Notes: generated by a model from the letters alone, not told the origin. 64,000 bases of DNA from Candidatus Moraniibacteriota bacterium (GCA_040772365.1 JAXGYI010000001.1:5416-69415); one strand, 5' to 3'; positions 19,238 through 29,967 are shown, numbered from the stretch's first letter. A program made the numbers and translations.

Positions 19238-21406
19238 TTGAAAAGGGGTAAGAGTTTTTTCTTGCTTTTTTCTTTTATGCCAAAAACCCATATGACAGCA
19301 ACAAAAATCAAAAAACGAAATGGAACAATTGTGGATTTTGATGTGCGTAAAATTGAGCGGGCAATTACGAAGGCCGCAGAGGCGTCGCGCCCAACAAAGA
19401 AGATGGATGCCAAAAAGGTTGCGCAGTATGCGGTAACACGAGTTGGCAAAAAGTATGGCGATGCAATTCCTACTGTGGAACAGGTGCAGGATGCTGTGGA
19501 GGAGTCTCTGATTAAACACAATTATCCACAGGTGGCGAAGGATTATATTCTCTATCGACAGAAACGTACGGAAATACGTGAGGATCGCAATGTGATGGTG
19601 GATGTGGAGAAAACCATGGGAGAATATCTTGATCAAATCGATTGGCGGGTTAATGCGAACTCTAATCAGGGGTACTCGCTGGGCGGAATGATTTTGAATA
19701 CTGCAGGAAAAGTAACTGCAAATTATTGGTTGTCACATATGTATCCAAAGGCAATTGGCGATGCGCATCGCAATGCGGATGTGCACATTCATGATCTTGA
19801 TATGTTTTCTGGTTACTGTGCTGGTTGGAGTCTACGCGCGCTTTTAGAAGAGGGATTTAATGGTGTAGATAATAAAATTGAGTCCAATCCACCTAAGCAC
19901 CTCTCTAGCGCTGTGGCGCAAATGGTAAACTTTTTAGGAACACTGCAAAATGAGTGGGCGGGTGCACAGGCATTCTCTAGTTTTGACACCTATTTAGCAC
20001 CATTTGTCAAAAAAAAGGAGATGGAGACACGTGCTGCAATCAAAAAATATAAAATGACTTTTCCGTCGCCGAAACACAAAAAGGAATACATTCATAACCT
20101 CGTCTATGATTATGTGTACCAGAACATGCAATCATTTGTCTTTAATCTTAATATTCCGTCGCGCTGGGGGACACAAACGCCATTTACCAACATTACATTA
20201 GATTGGGTTTGTCCACCTGATCTCAAAAAAAAGACACTCCTTTTAGGAGGTAAGCCATTTACACACACATTCGGGGAGCTCCAGAAAGAGATGGATATGA
20301 TTAATAAAGCATTTATTGATGTGATGATGGCAGGGGACTCCAAGGGGCGTACGTTTACATTCCCAATTCCAACATATAATATTACGAAAGACTTTGATTG
20401 GGAGGATGAAAAGGTGTTGCCACTGTTTGAAATGACTGCGAAATATGGTACACCCTACTTTCAAAATTTCATTAATTCAGATCTTGATCCTGGTGACGTG
20501 CGATCCATGTGTTGTCGATTGCAGCTAGATCTCAAGGAGTTGCGTAAGCGCGGCGGTGGATTATTTGGATCTGCGGAAATGACGGGATCTATTGGTGTAG
20601 TGACAATTAATTTGGCACGTATTGGTAAGATGACAGCGGGTGACAAAGAAGCGTTTTTGGAGCGCGTAACGTATTTGATGGAACTTGCAAAAACATCACT
20701 AGAAATTAAGCGAGAGGTTATTCAAAAGTGGATTGATCGTGGGCTTTTCCCCTACACGCGGCGGTATCTCGGAACACTTAAAAATCATTTTTCTACGATT
20801 GGTGTAAATGGAATGAATGAGGCGATTCGCAATTTTACGAATGATCGGGAAAATATTGCATCGCCATTTGGACAAGCATTTGCCAAAGAGGTCCTAGAAT
20901 ACATTCGTGGGAAAATGTCGGACTTTCAAGAAGAAACTGGTAACCTCTATAACCTGGAGGCAACGCCTGGTGAAGGAACAACATATCGCTTTGCTAAGGA
21001 AGATCAGAAGCGTTTTAAGGATATTTTGCAGGCCGGTACAAAAGAAACGCCATATTATACGAACTCTAGTCAGCTGCCAGTGGGATATACTGATGATATA
21101 TTTGAAGCATTGGATTTACAGGATGATTTGCAGAAGAAGTATACGGGCGGAACTGTGTTTCATGGGTATATGAGTGAGCGCATTAGTTCTGGTGCGGCAT
21201 GTGCGCAGTTAGTGAAAAAGATTTTGACGAACTATCGATTACCTTATATCACCATTACACCAACATTTTCCATTTGTCCAAAACATGGTTATCTAGCAGG
21301 AGAATATGATTTTTGCCCGAGGTGTGATCTCGATCTTGGCATACGCAAGGAGCACTGCGACAGTGAATTTCGCGGACGCTACGAAAGTGCGCATGCGGAG
21401 CGATAG
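19238..21406 (+). CDS. nrdD: Anaerobic (class III) ribonucleoside-triphosphate reductase, large fragment lacking the C-terminal glycyl-radical domain
   Basis: N-terminal ATP-cone (KIKKRNGTIVDFDVRKIERAI); the stretch CCRLQLDLKELRKRGGGLFGSAEMTGSIGVVTINLARIG is typical of NrdD; a C-terminal Zn-ribbon-like CPKHG...CPRCD. The ORF stops about 25 aa after the Zn site without an RVxGY motif. The real start may be the ATG at 19292. Confidence 0.85.
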   Translation: MKRGKSFFLLFSFMPKTHMTATKIKKRNGTIVDFDVRKIERAITKAAEASRPTKKMDAKKVAQYAVTRVGKKYGDAIPTVEQVQDAVEESLIKHNYPQVAKDYILYRQKRTEIREDRNVMVDVEKTMGEYLDQIDWRVNANSNQGYSLGGMILNTAGKVTANYWLSHMYPKAIGDAHRNADVHIHDLDMFSGYCAGWSLRALLEEGFNGVDNKIESNPPKHLSSAVAQMVNFLGTLQNEWAGAQAFSSFDTYLAPFVKKKEMETRAAIKKYKMTFPSPKHKKEYIHNLVYDYVYQNMQSFVFNLNIPSRWGTQTPFTNITLDWVCPPDLKKKTLLLGGKPFTHTFGELQKEMDMINKAFIDVMMAGDSKGRTFTFPIPTYNITKDFDWEDEKVLPLFEMTAKYGTPYFQNFINSDLDPGDVRSMCCRLQLDLKELRKRGGGLFGSAEMTGSIGVVTINLARIGKMTAGDKEAFLERVTYLMELAKTSLEIKREVIQKWIDRGLFPYTRRYLGTLKNHFSTIGVNGMNEAIRNFTNDRENIASPFGQAFAKEVLEYIRGKMSDFQEETGNLYNLEATPGEGTTYRFAKEDQKRFKDILQAGTKETPYYTNSSQLPVGYTDDIFEALDLQDDLQKKYTGGTVFHGYMSERISSGAACAQLVKKILTNYRLPYITITPTFSICPKHGYLAGEYDFCPRCDLDLGIRKEHCDSEFRGRYESAHAER

Positions 21407-21458
21407 AATGACTGATAAATTATGATATACTATAAATAATTAGTAAAAAAATAAAACT

Positions 21459-21650
21459 ATGGCATCACAAGTGCTAAAAGGGGATAATAATGAGGGGCGT
21501 ACACCGTGTGAGGTGTGGACACGTGTAATGGGGTACTTTCGTCCTGTGTCATTTTTCAACACTGGCAAGAAATCTGAACACTATTCACGTAAGCATTTTC
21601 AGGAGTGTGTGAGTGCCAACGAAAGCTTTACCAATAAATATGCTGATTAG
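21459..21650 (+). CDS. Stand-alone glycyl-radical domain (NrdD C-terminal module / GrcA-like), 63 aa
   Basis: TRVMGYFRPVSFFNTGKKSEHYSRKHF closely matches the NrdD glycyl-radical motif (TRVxGYxxxxxxxNxGKxxExxxR). It lies in a different frame from nrdD and is separated from it by about 50 AT-rich nt with stops in all frames. Confidence 0.7.
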   Translation: MASQVLKGDNNEGRTPCEVWTRVMGYFRPVSFFNTGKKSEHYSRKHFQECVSANESFTNKYAD

Positions 21651-22344
21651 CGGGATTCAACCATTTACACTTCTGGATTATCCGGACAAGGTGGCAGCGA
21701 TTATTTTCACCCCAGGGTGTAATATGCGCTGCCGCTTTTGTCACAACAAAGAATTTGTTTTGCCGGAAGAAATCGCCAAAATACGCACAAGCTTCATTGC
21801 GGAAAAGACTATTCTGAATTTTTTGCGATCGCGCAAGGGCAAATTGGATGGTGTGGTGATTTCCGGTGGTGAGCCGACGGTGCAGCCAAACTTGCGGAAA
21901 TTTATTGAAAAAGTGCGCGCAATGGGTTTTTTGGTGAAATTGGACACTAATGGCAACTTGCCGGACGTACTGAAAAGTTTGGTAAAGGATAGGTTGGTGG
22001 ATTATGTGGCAATGGACGTGAAAACGACGCCGGATCGCTATAAGGCGCTTGTTGGTGATATGGCTAATCCAGATAGTGTAGTGAAAAGCATTGCTTTCCT
22101 TAAGAAAAATCATGTACCCTATGAATTTCGTACAACATTGATTGCCGGGGAACACACACCAAAAGTGATCAAGGACATGGCAGATCTCCTTGCAGGTGCC
22201 GATACGCTGTATTTACAGACATTTCGCCCGGAGACGACACTGGATCCGGCATTTGAAGAGAAGGGGTTTATAGCCGAAACTACTGTGAATCGCTATGCGA
22301 ACATTTTTATGAAAAAGAGTGTGCGCTGTGTCTTTTTGCGATAA
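21613..22344 (+). CDS. nrdG: Anaerobic ribonucleotide reductase activating protein (radical SAM)
   Basis: CNMRCRFCHN is a CxxxCxxC radical-SAM motif; it directly follows nrdD. The start may be the internal Met at 21640. Confidence 0.85.
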   Translation: MPTKALPINMLISGIQPFTLLDYPDKVAAIIFTPGCNMRCRFCHNKEFVLPEEIAKIRTSFIAEKTILNFLRSRKGKLDGVVISGGEPTVQPNLRKFIEKVRAMGFLVKLDTNGNLPDVLKSLVKDRLVDYVAMDVKTTPDRYKALVGDMANPDSVVKSIAFLKKNHVPYEFRTTLIAGEHTPKVIKDMADLLAGADTLYLQTFRPETTLDPAFEEKGFIAETTVNRYANIFMKKSVRCVFLR

Positions 22345-22402
22345 AAAAACACTCAATTTTGTAAATTAAAGAGTGTTTCTTTAAGATTCCGAAGGAAGAA
22401 GA

Positions 22403-22699
22403 TTATTCTGGGAATCTTTCAGTTCTTACAACACCGCTCCCATCAGAATACACTTCTTGTTCCGGTACATTATCCATAATCTTTCTGCGTTCCTCATCAA
22501 AAACCTGAATCACACTTGGAGCCTCTTCATCGGAAACCACTGCAAGTTTTTCAACCAATGCCTTGAGCATTAAGACATCTTTGTTTACACCATCACCCAT
22601 ATACGCTCTAACTATCTGTTCCTTTTTTTCACTCAGCTCCGCCAAGAGATCATCACTAAGAATCTCTTTTTTCGGGGACTTAGATTCAAACATGTTCAT
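22403..22699 (-). CDS. Hypothetical acidic protein (98 aa)
   Basis: ORF only. Confidence 0.4.
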   Translation of the reverse strand: MNMFESKSPKKEILSDDLLAELSEKKEQIVRAYMGDGVNKDVLMLKALVEKLAVVSDEEAPSVIQVFDEERRKIMDNVPEQEVYSDGSGVVRTERFPE

Positions 22700-22807
22700 A
22701 GTATTTTGTGAAATTAATAATAATCACTACTTCTTATAGTATAATAAAAGGCCCAAAAAATAGCAAATACTATTTTTTGGGCTTCATATTAACTTAGTGC
22801 ACTTAAC

Positions 22808-23224
22808 TTAGTGCGCACCGTGACGTGCAACGGTGCAATAAGCCTGAAACAAGGGATTATTTTTTAATTCCCCCATGTCCAGCGGCTGGTTATCTGTTGA
22901 CTGTTTTTTTTCATAACAGATAATTTGCTGGTAGATTTTTCCCCAGGTATTATCCGGTAGTTTTTTGTACACCATGCTGAGAGAAAATTGCTGGGGCGGT
23001 GTGTTTTTTGTGATTTCTTGAAACGCTTTCATAAACTCACAAAAATCGTATTCTATGACCGCATTGGTCTTCCCCATCCCTTGAAGTGTTTGGTAGTTTT
23101 CTACCAAAGACTCCTGCAAGAGCATAATTGCAGCACGTGCCACAATATCCATCTCGTTCTCAGTTGTCATAACAAAGTTTCCTCCACTGTAGTGTTTGAA
23201 TGATAACGAACATTGGTCTCTCAA
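22808..23224 (-). CDS. Hypothetical protein (138 aa or shorter)
   Basis: ORF only. Confidence 0.4.
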   Translation of the reverse strand: MRDQCSLSFKHYSGGNFVMTTENEMDIVARAAIMLLQESLVENYQTLQGMGKTNAVIEYDFCEFMKAFQEITKNTPPQQFSLSMVYKKLPDNTWGKIYQQIICYEKKQSTDNQPLDMGELKNNPLFQAYCTVARHGAH

Positions 23225-23308
23225 GCTTATAGATTATAGGGTATTTTACAAGTTTGTCAAGGGCACGTATACTTAATTTTAGGTATAATATGCAATAAAA
23301 AATATCCT

Positions 23309-24232
23309 ATGAACAACAAAGTAACAATTATCGGTGCGGGAATGGTGGGGTCAACAGTGGCATATAGCCTTGTGCTGCAGAGCTTTGTAGACGAAATTGC
23401 TATGATTGACCTCAACCAAGACTTATTACGTGCCCAGGTTATGGATTTGCAGCATACAGTACCATTTGTGGATCGCGCAGAGGTGAAAATGGGCACATAT
23501 GCGGACTGTGTAGATAGTCGCATGGTTGTCATTACATGCGGTGCAGCACAAAAACCTGGTGAGTCGCGTCTAGAATTAGTACAAAAAAATGCGACCATTA
23601 TAAAGGAAATTATGCCAAAAATTTTTGAGCATAATCCCAATGCAATTGTGCTCATGGTCACCAACCCTGTTGATGTGTTGACGCGATTAGCTGTATCTCT
23701 TTTTCCTGACAAAAGGAACCATATTTTTGGCACCGGGACTGTTTTGGATTCTGCACGCTTGCGACATTTATTGGGTCAAACACTGCATATTAGCGCACAG
23801 AGTATTCACGCATACATGCTTGGTGAGCATGGCGATAGTGAATTTCCTGCATGGAGTACAGCAACGATTGGCAATATGCGGTTGCAGGACTGTAAAATGC
23901 TACACGATGAGGAGAAAATGCGTATCTTTCAAGAGGCGAAAAATGCTGCGTATACGATTATTGAGGGCAAACAGTCAACGTACTATGCTATTGGCGCAGG
24001 GTGTGCACAAGTAATTTATGCTGTTATGCGAGATGAAAAAGTTGTACTTCCAGTGTCGCACATGATCAAGAATTTGTACGGCATCTCGGAGACATGTCTC
24101 AGTATGCCAGCGATTGTTGGCGTGGATGGCATTGAGGATCGTTTACACGTCCCACTCAATGAGCACGAGCAAGATCTTTTACGAAAGAGCGCAGAAGTGC
24201 TACAAGAAACTTTTGCAGCAGTTCATAGCTAG
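23309..24232 (+). CDS. ldh: L-lactate dehydrogenase
   Basis: Rossmann motif TIIGAGMVGS; substrate loop GAAQKPGESR (Gln typical of LDH rather than MDH); GEHGDSEF active-site region. Confidence 0.85.
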   Translation: MNNKVTIIGAGMVGSTVAYSLVLQSFVDEIAMIDLNQDLLRAQVMDLQHTVPFVDRAEVKMGTYADCVDSRMVVITCGAAQKPGESRLELVQKNATIIKEIMPKIFEHNPNAIVLMVTNPVDVLTRLAVSLFPDKRNHIFGTGTVLDSARLRHLLGQTLHISAQSIHAYMLGEHGDSEFPAWSTATIGNMRLQDCKMLHDEEKMRIFQEAKNAAYTIIEGKQSTYYAIGAGCAQVIYAVMRDEKVVLPVSHMIKNLYGISETCLSMPAIVGVDGIEDRLHVPLNEHEQDLLRKSAEVLQETFAAVHS

Positions 24233-24285
24233 AACGTGTACGGAGTTGCAGCGCCTCTATATGCTTTCACTGTAAATAGCAGGAA

Positions 24286-25491
24286 TCAGTAGATAACGAC
24301 AGGTGTTCCAACAGAGGCCCAGTGGTAGATTAATTCAGAGTTTTTTGCATCGTGGCGAACGCAGCCAGGTGAGACTGCGCGTCCAATGCTTGCTGTACTC
24401 TCCTTGCCGCCCTCAGGCATCTCTTCATGGCCCTCTGGCCAAATAACAAGTCCGTGGATGCCATACTCGCCGTTTGCTGTGAATGCCATCCAGTATGGCA
24501 TGTAGACGCCGAGGAGGTTTGAGAGTGCATACGGGTCTTTATTGTGAATTGTAAATGTTCCGGTTGGCGTTGGTGTTGCTGCTGCACCGGATGAGTTTGC
24601 AAAACTTGTAATATATTTTCCATGATCAAATAGTGTTGTGACTTGTGCAGCAAGATTAACATCAATATATTTTGTGTCAGTGATGCGTGGCGCTGTAGAC
24701 TTTTTTGCAATTGTAAGGCGTTCATCAATAGGTGTCGGCCATACATCCGGTGTAGATGTGACAGTAGTAAAAGTTTTTGTAGTAATGGGGTAGAATGCCT
24801 GGGCCGGTGCAGATGTGTGACGGACAAAAATGGTGACATTATGTGATCCGGCGATATGTTCTGGTATAGTGCCAATGCGGAACTGTGCGGCGTTGGGGTT
24901 GTCAGTCGGCACCCTTTCTACGTCAATAGAGGGTTGTATAGTCGCACTGAACTCAAAGGCGGAGATGTCACGATCGAATGTGAATGTGATAGTGTCGTCT
25001 TCTTTAAGATAATCATCGTGATCAATGATTGTACTCGCAATGACATGTGGATAAGTGTGGGTAGTGAAATGAAAAATTTGCGATAAATTGGTGGGTGAGA
25101 CAGCGGATCTAAGGGGTAAGGCGAGAGAGTAGGTCGTTTCTGCATCCCACAGTGTTTGGGGGATGATGCGCAACTCTTGAGGTGTGATCCATGTAAAACG
25201 TAGTGTCTCAGAGGGAAAACAGGTAACCTGCTCCTGGTATGCAGATGGATTAGTGATCGGATGGGTAAAAGTGATGATAATCTCTTCATCAAGTGCAATA
25301 ATCTCATCGGTGATTACAAGAGGTTCTGGCTGTACAGAATTGGGAGGGTTGTGTATAGGCACTGTCAGCGCTGTGCTAAAAGAGGATAGCGGTAAAAAGG
25401 CAAATAGCAAAAGCGCTACATTGGTGCGCAGAGGTGTGTGGCGTGGTTGCCGAAGGTTTTTTTTGTGTGTCAGCGATGAAAGTACAGGCAT
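24286..25491 (-). CDS. L,D-transpeptidase (YkuD domain) with an N-terminal membrane anchor and a Thr/Pro-rich linker
   Basis: C-terminal catalytic region YGIHGL...ASIGRAVSPGCVRH (the H...S-x-GC-[IV]-R signature). Confidence 0.7.
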   Translation of the reverse strand: MPVLSSLTHKKNLRQPRHTPLRTNVALLLFAFLPLSSFSTALTVPIHNPPNSVQPEPLVITDEIIALDEEIIITFTHPITNPSAYQEQVTCFPSETLRFTWITPQELRIIPQTLWDAETTYSLALPLRSAVSPTNLSQIFHFTTHTYPHVIASTIIDHDDYLKEDDTITFTFDRDISAFEFSATIQPSIDVERVPTDNPNAAQFRIGTIPEHIAGSHNVTIFVRHTSAPAQAFYPITTKTFTTVTSTPDVWPTPIDERLTIAKKSTAPRITDTKYIDVNLAAQVTTLFDHGKYITSFANSSGAAATPTPTGTFTIHNKDPYALSNLLGVYMPYWMAFTANGEYGIHGLVIWPEGHEEMPEGGKESTASIGRAVSPGCVRHDAKNSELIYHWASVGTPVVIY

Positions 25492-25697
25492 AGGTATAGT
25501 TTGGATACAAAAAAGAGCTGCTCACATTATGAAATGTGACAACTCACCCTGTAACACATCTATTATAGCATTTTTTTATCATTCATTCAAGCACTTGTGT
25601 GCATAGTGTCTTGCAGGCTAGTTGCACAACTTATAAAGAAGTTGTTGCATAAAAAAAATGTGCTATACTGTAAAGTAGTAAAAATAAAATTTTTCTT

Positions 25698-26678
25698 GTG
25701 TCTATACGATTTAGCTATAATACAGTGGCATTTGCAGTATTTTGTGTATTGATTGTTGCTGCATGTACAGTGTATGTTGTTGCAGATGAGGCAAAAAATC
25801 TGACGCTTTTTGAAGATTTTGATCAGGACGGCCTCTCTAATGGTGAGGAATATGCTTATGGCACTAATCCATATCTTGCTGATACAGATGGCGATGGATA
25901 CTCTGATGGTGTAGAAGTAGAAAGTGGGTTTGACCCACTCAAGCCTGCACCTGGAGATAAAATTATTAAAAAAGATACGACGCCTAGTGTTGATCCAGCT
26001 CATACTACAGCAACAAATATGACGCAGCGTATCTCCAATAGTCTCATCACGTATCTTGAGGATCAAAAGGAAATGGGAGCAGAATCTATCAATTCAGAGG
26101 ATTTATCTGATGTTGTTTCCAAGGCCATTGATCAGGATGCAGCTTTTGTAACTCCCGATGTTATTGATTTGTCACATGTTTATATTAAAAAACAGGATTA
26201 TGACAAAGTGTCCTCGCGAGAAAAAAAGGAACACATGAAGAAAGATATCGTAGAGTACTTTACATCACTGTCCTATGTTTTTATCAGTAGTTTTCCGCAA
26301 GGGTATTTTGATCGTGCGCCAGAGGAAGTGCAGAAGGAATTGTTTTTACACATCTCAGAATACTCTTCATCACTGACATCGTACAGCTATTTTGAAGATA
26401 TGGCACGTCGATCTATTGAGGCGCAAAAGCAAATGCACAGCCTTACTGTTCCAGAGAATGTTCTGGATATACATATGGAAACGTTATATCTCTTGCGATA
26501 TATGGAAGAGATTTATAATCAAGGAGATTATAAAAAAATCAACACAGATGAAGCTTCTCTCATTGCAACATTGGCACAGGTGCAGGCACTGCTGCAAAAA
26601 AGCATGGATCTACAGACAAAAGTAGAGGCACGGCTCTTAGAATACGATTTACCTATTGATTCTTTTTTGCAAATATAA
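25698..26678 (+). CDS. Secreted protein with thrombospondin-type-3-like Ca-binding Asp repeats
   Basis: Signal/TM segment FAVFCVLIVAACTVYVVA; repeats DQDGLSNGEE, DTDGDGYSDGVE. Confidence 0.55.
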   Translation: MSIRFSYNTVAFAVFCVLIVAACTVYVVADEAKNLTLFEDFDQDGLSNGEEYAYGTNPYLADTDGDGYSDGVEVESGFDPLKPAPGDKIIKKDTTPSVDPAHTTATNMTQRISNSLITYLEDQKEMGAESINSEDLSDVVSKAIDQDAAFVTPDVIDLSHVYIKKQDYDKVSSREKKEHMKKDIVEYFTSLSYVFISSFPQGYFDRAPEEVQKELFLHISEYSSSLTSYSYFEDMARRSIEAQKQMHSLTVPENVLDIHMETLYLLRYMEEIYNQGDYKKINTDEASLIATLAQVQALLQKSMDLQTKVEARLLEYDLPIDSFLQI

Positions 26679-26682
26679 CTCT

Positions 26683-27846
26683 ATGAGCACTTTACAACGA
26701 AAAGCCATTGCGCTAGCACTACTTGGACACTTGATTATATATACAACATGTGCACCTGTTGCTAGGGCAGGGTATTGGTTTGAAACATATGGATCGCTGA
26801 CGTATAAGCAAATGATGGAGGAAATGTCACAGCAGGTTCGGGATGCTGTGAATGCTGCAGCAAAAATGGCATCGATCAAAATGGTGACATCCATGATCGA
26901 AAAATTACTCTATGGCAATAGTTCTTCGCCGCGTAACATTCGAAATTTTAATGATTTTTTGATTGCGGATCCACGTGATGTTGCTGTGACATACGGGCAA
27001 GATTTTCTGACGCAAACGCTGCGTGGTATGGGGTCTGGTGACTACACCTCGGCAAGCGGTAGTGTGGGCGGAGATTTTTTGGCGCAGATCTTGCAAGATT
27101 CCGGGCAAGCTGTTCTGGATCAGTGGCGTGGCAAAACAACGCCGACCGTAGATTACATGAATTACTGCAATCTCTCCGGATCATCTGGAGGGTATAGTGG
27201 CGCAAATTACTTTACGGGAGAGGGGGGTGATGGTGGTATTTTTGCCGATGGGAATTTCTTGTGCTTTAGTTCTATTTTTTCCAATCCGCTCAATACACCC
27301 ATTGGTTTAGCACTAGCAGTTGACACAGCAACAGCAGCAAAATATCAACAAGAGCAGGAGATTGCTAAACTCATGGCAACGAGTAGTGGTGTGTTGCCAG
27401 ATATTGATATTAACGGTCTAGTGAAAGTGCCTGCGGATATGGTAGCATATATTCAACGTGCCCAGGCAGATTTGCCATTGCAGGCGTTAGCGGCGGGGAG
27501 TGCAAAGGTTTTTTCATCACTTATTCAAGCCTTTGCTGTAACAATGATTGTGGGAATTATGCAGCGCGGACTGGGTGAGGTGAATGAGGCGACTGATAAA
27601 AATATTGCTGCGTTCCAGCGGCAGTATCAAGAGAAGTTCGGTGATTTGATGAACAAGGTTGGCCCTGCTGCATCATATGCAAAAGATGCCTACACTGCTG
27701 CACAGCAACAGCAGCAGCGACAAGAGAAGCGATCTGAGGTATGGGACAACCCGGACACGCCGGAAGATGAATCTCGGCAAGGACGCCCAGTGATATGGGA
27801 CAACCCGGACACACCGGAAGATGAGTCAAAGCAGGGATCACGATGA
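26683..27846 (+). CDS. Secreted hypothetical protein with a C-terminal tandem repeat (WDNPDTPEDES, twice)
   Basis: Signal peptide MSTLQRKAIALALLGHLIIYTTCAPVARA. A 58-60 bp DNA tandem repeat at 27742-27830 encodes the duplicated C-terminal motif. The ORF-track TTG start at 26656 overlaps the upstream gene. Confidence 0.55.
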   Translation: MSTLQRKAIALALLGHLIIYTTCAPVARAGYWFETYGSLTYKQMMEEMSQQVRDAVNAAAKMASIKMVTSMIEKLLYGNSSSPRNIRNFNDFLIADPRDVAVTYGQDFLTQTLRGMGSGDYTSASGSVGGDFLAQILQDSGQAVLDQWRGKTTPTVDYMNYCNLSGSSGGYSGANYFTGEGGDGGIFADGNFLCFSSIFSNPLNTPIGLALAVDTATAAKYQQEQEIAKLMATSSGVLPDIDINGLVKVPADMVAYIQRAQADLPLQALAAGSAKVFSSLIQAFAVTMIVGIMQRGLGEVNEATDKNIAAFQRQYQEKFGDLMNKVGPAASYAKDAYTAAQQQQQRQEKRSEVWDNPDTPEDESRQGRPVIWDNPDTPEDESKQGSR

Positions 27847-27935
27847 AATATGTTCTAGTAGACCCTGTGCGTGATAAAATATACATGAGGTAAAAATTCA
27901 CACCACGCCATGTAGAGACGTGGTGTGTTTTTCTG

Positions 27936-28009
27936 TGGACGGCACAAGAGTCGAACTTGTGACCTTCTGCATGTCGAGCAGACGCTCTAACCAGCTGAGC
28001 TAGCCGTCC
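27936..28009 (-). tRNA. tRNA-Val (GAC) with an unusual C at position 33
   Basis: GGACGGCTAGCTCAGCTGGTTAGAGCG, anticodon stem-loop TCTGC-TCGACAT-GCAGA, T-arm ACAAGTTCGACTCTTGT, acceptor GCCGTCCA. Confidence 0.75.
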
Positions 28010-28050
28010 TGATAAGACACAGACAGTAGAAGTATCTGTGCCTCTCTAGG

Positions 28051-29919
28051 TTACAGCTCTTTGTTTTTATCGTCAACGTTTTGTGGGGCAGCGTTGGGAT
28101 CCTTGCCTTCCATCATGCGGGCAAATTCTTCTTTTTCAATCGTCTCTTTATCTAAAAGACGTTCTGCTACAGCGTCAAGAATAGAGCGTTTCTCTGTGAG
28201 GATCGTACGTGCTCTTTGCTGCGCATCACTGAGAATTGTGGTCACTTCACGATCAATGGCCTCTGCAGATTTTTCTGAATAGTCTTTCTCTTCCGCAACT
28301 TCGCGTCCTAGGAAGATTACATCCTCATTTTTACCAAATGTGCGGATGCCAAGGCTGCTCATACCGTAACGCGTGACGATGTTGCGTGCCATGTGTGTTG
28401 CGCGCTTAAGGTCGTTAGATGGTCCGGTTGTAACATCACCAAACACTAATTCTTCCGCAACGTAGCCACCGAGAAACATAGATAACTCATCGAGGAAGTA
28501 GGCGCGTGAATGGAGACTCTTATCTTTTTCTGGGACAGCTAGTGTGTATCCACCAGCACTACCACGTGAAATAATAGACACCTTGTGTACGGGATCAGTG
28601 TGCGTGAGGCTTGCGCCAACAATAGCGTGCCCAGCCTCATGGTAGGCAACAATTTTTTTCTCTTGGTCGTTCAAGCGATTGTTTTTATGTGCTGGTCCAA
28701 GGAGAACTTTTTCAATAGAGTCTACAATATCAATCATGGCAACCTCTTTTTTATTACGTCGTCCAGCAAGTAGAGCCCCTTCATTCATCAAGTTCATCAG
28801 GTCCGCTCCGGAGAAGCCTACTGTGCGCTGTGCAATACGCTCTAAATCTACATCTGCGGCAAGTTTTTTTCCTTGTGCGTGAATAGCAAGGATGGCTTTA
28901 CGATCCTCAATATCCGGAAGGTCAACAGTGACACGGCGGTCAAAGCGGCCAGGACGCAGGAGTGCCGGATCTAAAACATCAGGACGATTGGTTGCTGCCA
29001 TAACAATCACGTTTGTCTGATTGTCAAAGCCATCCATTTCTACAAGAATCTGGTTTAATGTTTGCTCGCGTTCATCATGACCGCCGCCAAGGCCGGTTCC
29101 GCGTTGGCGTCCGACCGCATCAATTTCATCAATGAATACAATTGCGGGAGCATGTTTTTTTGCTTGCTTGAAGAGGTCGCGTACGCGTGATGCACCGACA
29201 CCAACAAACATTTCAACAAATTCTGAGCCACTAATAGAGAAAAATGGCACACCGGCCTCACCAGCAACAGCTCGGGCAAGGAGTGTTTTTCCTGTTCCGG
29301 GACGACCAAGAAGTAAAACACCTTTAGGAATTTTTGCACCCAGATCACGAAACTTTTTCGGCTCCTTAAGGAAGTCAACAATTTCAATCAGCTCTTCCTT
29401 CGCTTCTTTATTACCGGCAACATCGCTAAATCGCGTGCGATTTTTTGGGTCTTTTGGGTCAATCATGCGGGCACGTGATGTTCCAAACATCATTGCTTGA
29501 TTATTTCCACGCATAGCCTGCTTCATCATGAAGATGATGAGAGCGCCAATAATAATGATAGGAAGTAGTGCGGGAATGAGAAGTGTGCTCCACATGGACC
29601 ACCCGGAACGGGTTTCTACAGTGATAGGGACATTTTTAAGCTTTTCGTGATCAACGCCAAAGTTGCGCAATGTCTCTGTGAGACTAGCATCTGCTTCCTT
29701 GTTTGTTTTTTGTTCCTTACCATCTTTTAGTGTTGCTGTAACCTTATTATCAGCAGAAACAGAAATTTTTTCAATTTTTTCCTCATTAATCTCTTGGGAT
29801 AATTGTGTGAGAGAAATCTCTTCGGGCTTTTCTTTTGATCCTGTTGAAAGAAATACAAACATGAGCAGTACCATGCTCACGATGATAATGAGGGAAGAAT
29901 TTTTGATAAGCTTATCCAT
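28051..29919 (-). CDS. ftsH: ATP-dependent zinc metalloprotease FtsH
   Basis: N-terminal TM segments; Walker A GRPGTGKT; AAA second region of homology; Zn-binding HEAGHA. Confidence 0.95.
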   Translation of the reverse strand: MDKLIKNSSLIIIVSMVLLMFVFLSTGSKEKPEEISLTQLSQEINEEKIEKISVSADNKVTATLKDGKEQKTNKEADASLTETLRNFGVDHEKLKNVPITVETRSGWSMWSTLLIPALLPIIIIGALIIFMMKQAMRGNNQAMMFGTSRARMIDPKDPKNRTRFSDVAGNKEAKEELIEIVDFLKEPKKFRDLGAKIPKGVLLLGRPGTGKTLLARAVAGEAGVPFFSISGSEFVEMFVGVGASRVRDLFKQAKKHAPAIVFIDEIDAVGRQRGTGLGGGHDEREQTLNQILVEMDGFDNQTNVIVMAATNRPDVLDPALLRPGRFDRRVTVDLPDIEDRKAILAIHAQGKKLAADVDLERIAQRTVGFSGADLMNLMNEGALLAGRRNKKEVAMIDIVDSIEKVLLGPAHKNNRLNDQEKKIVAYHEAGHAIVGASLTHTDPVHKVSIISRGSAGGYTLAVPEKDKSLHSRAYFLDELSMFLGGYVAEELVFGDVTTGPSNDLKRATHMARNIVTRYGMSSLGIRTFGKNEDVIFLGREVAEEKDYSEKSAEAIDREVTTILSDAQQRARTILTEKRSILDAVAERLLDKETIEKEEFARMMEGKDPNAAPQNVDDKNKEL

Positions 29920-29967
29920 AGTACTATATCAGAAATAGTTAGTAAAAATATACAACAAGAGAAGTGT

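Noticed and set aside
24330-24875. 181-aa minus-strand ORF and other internal ORFs overlapping the L,D-transpeptidase gene
   Set aside because: It is in an alternative frame of the well-supported 24286-25491 gene. Its composition is dominated by the Thr/Pro-rich linker.
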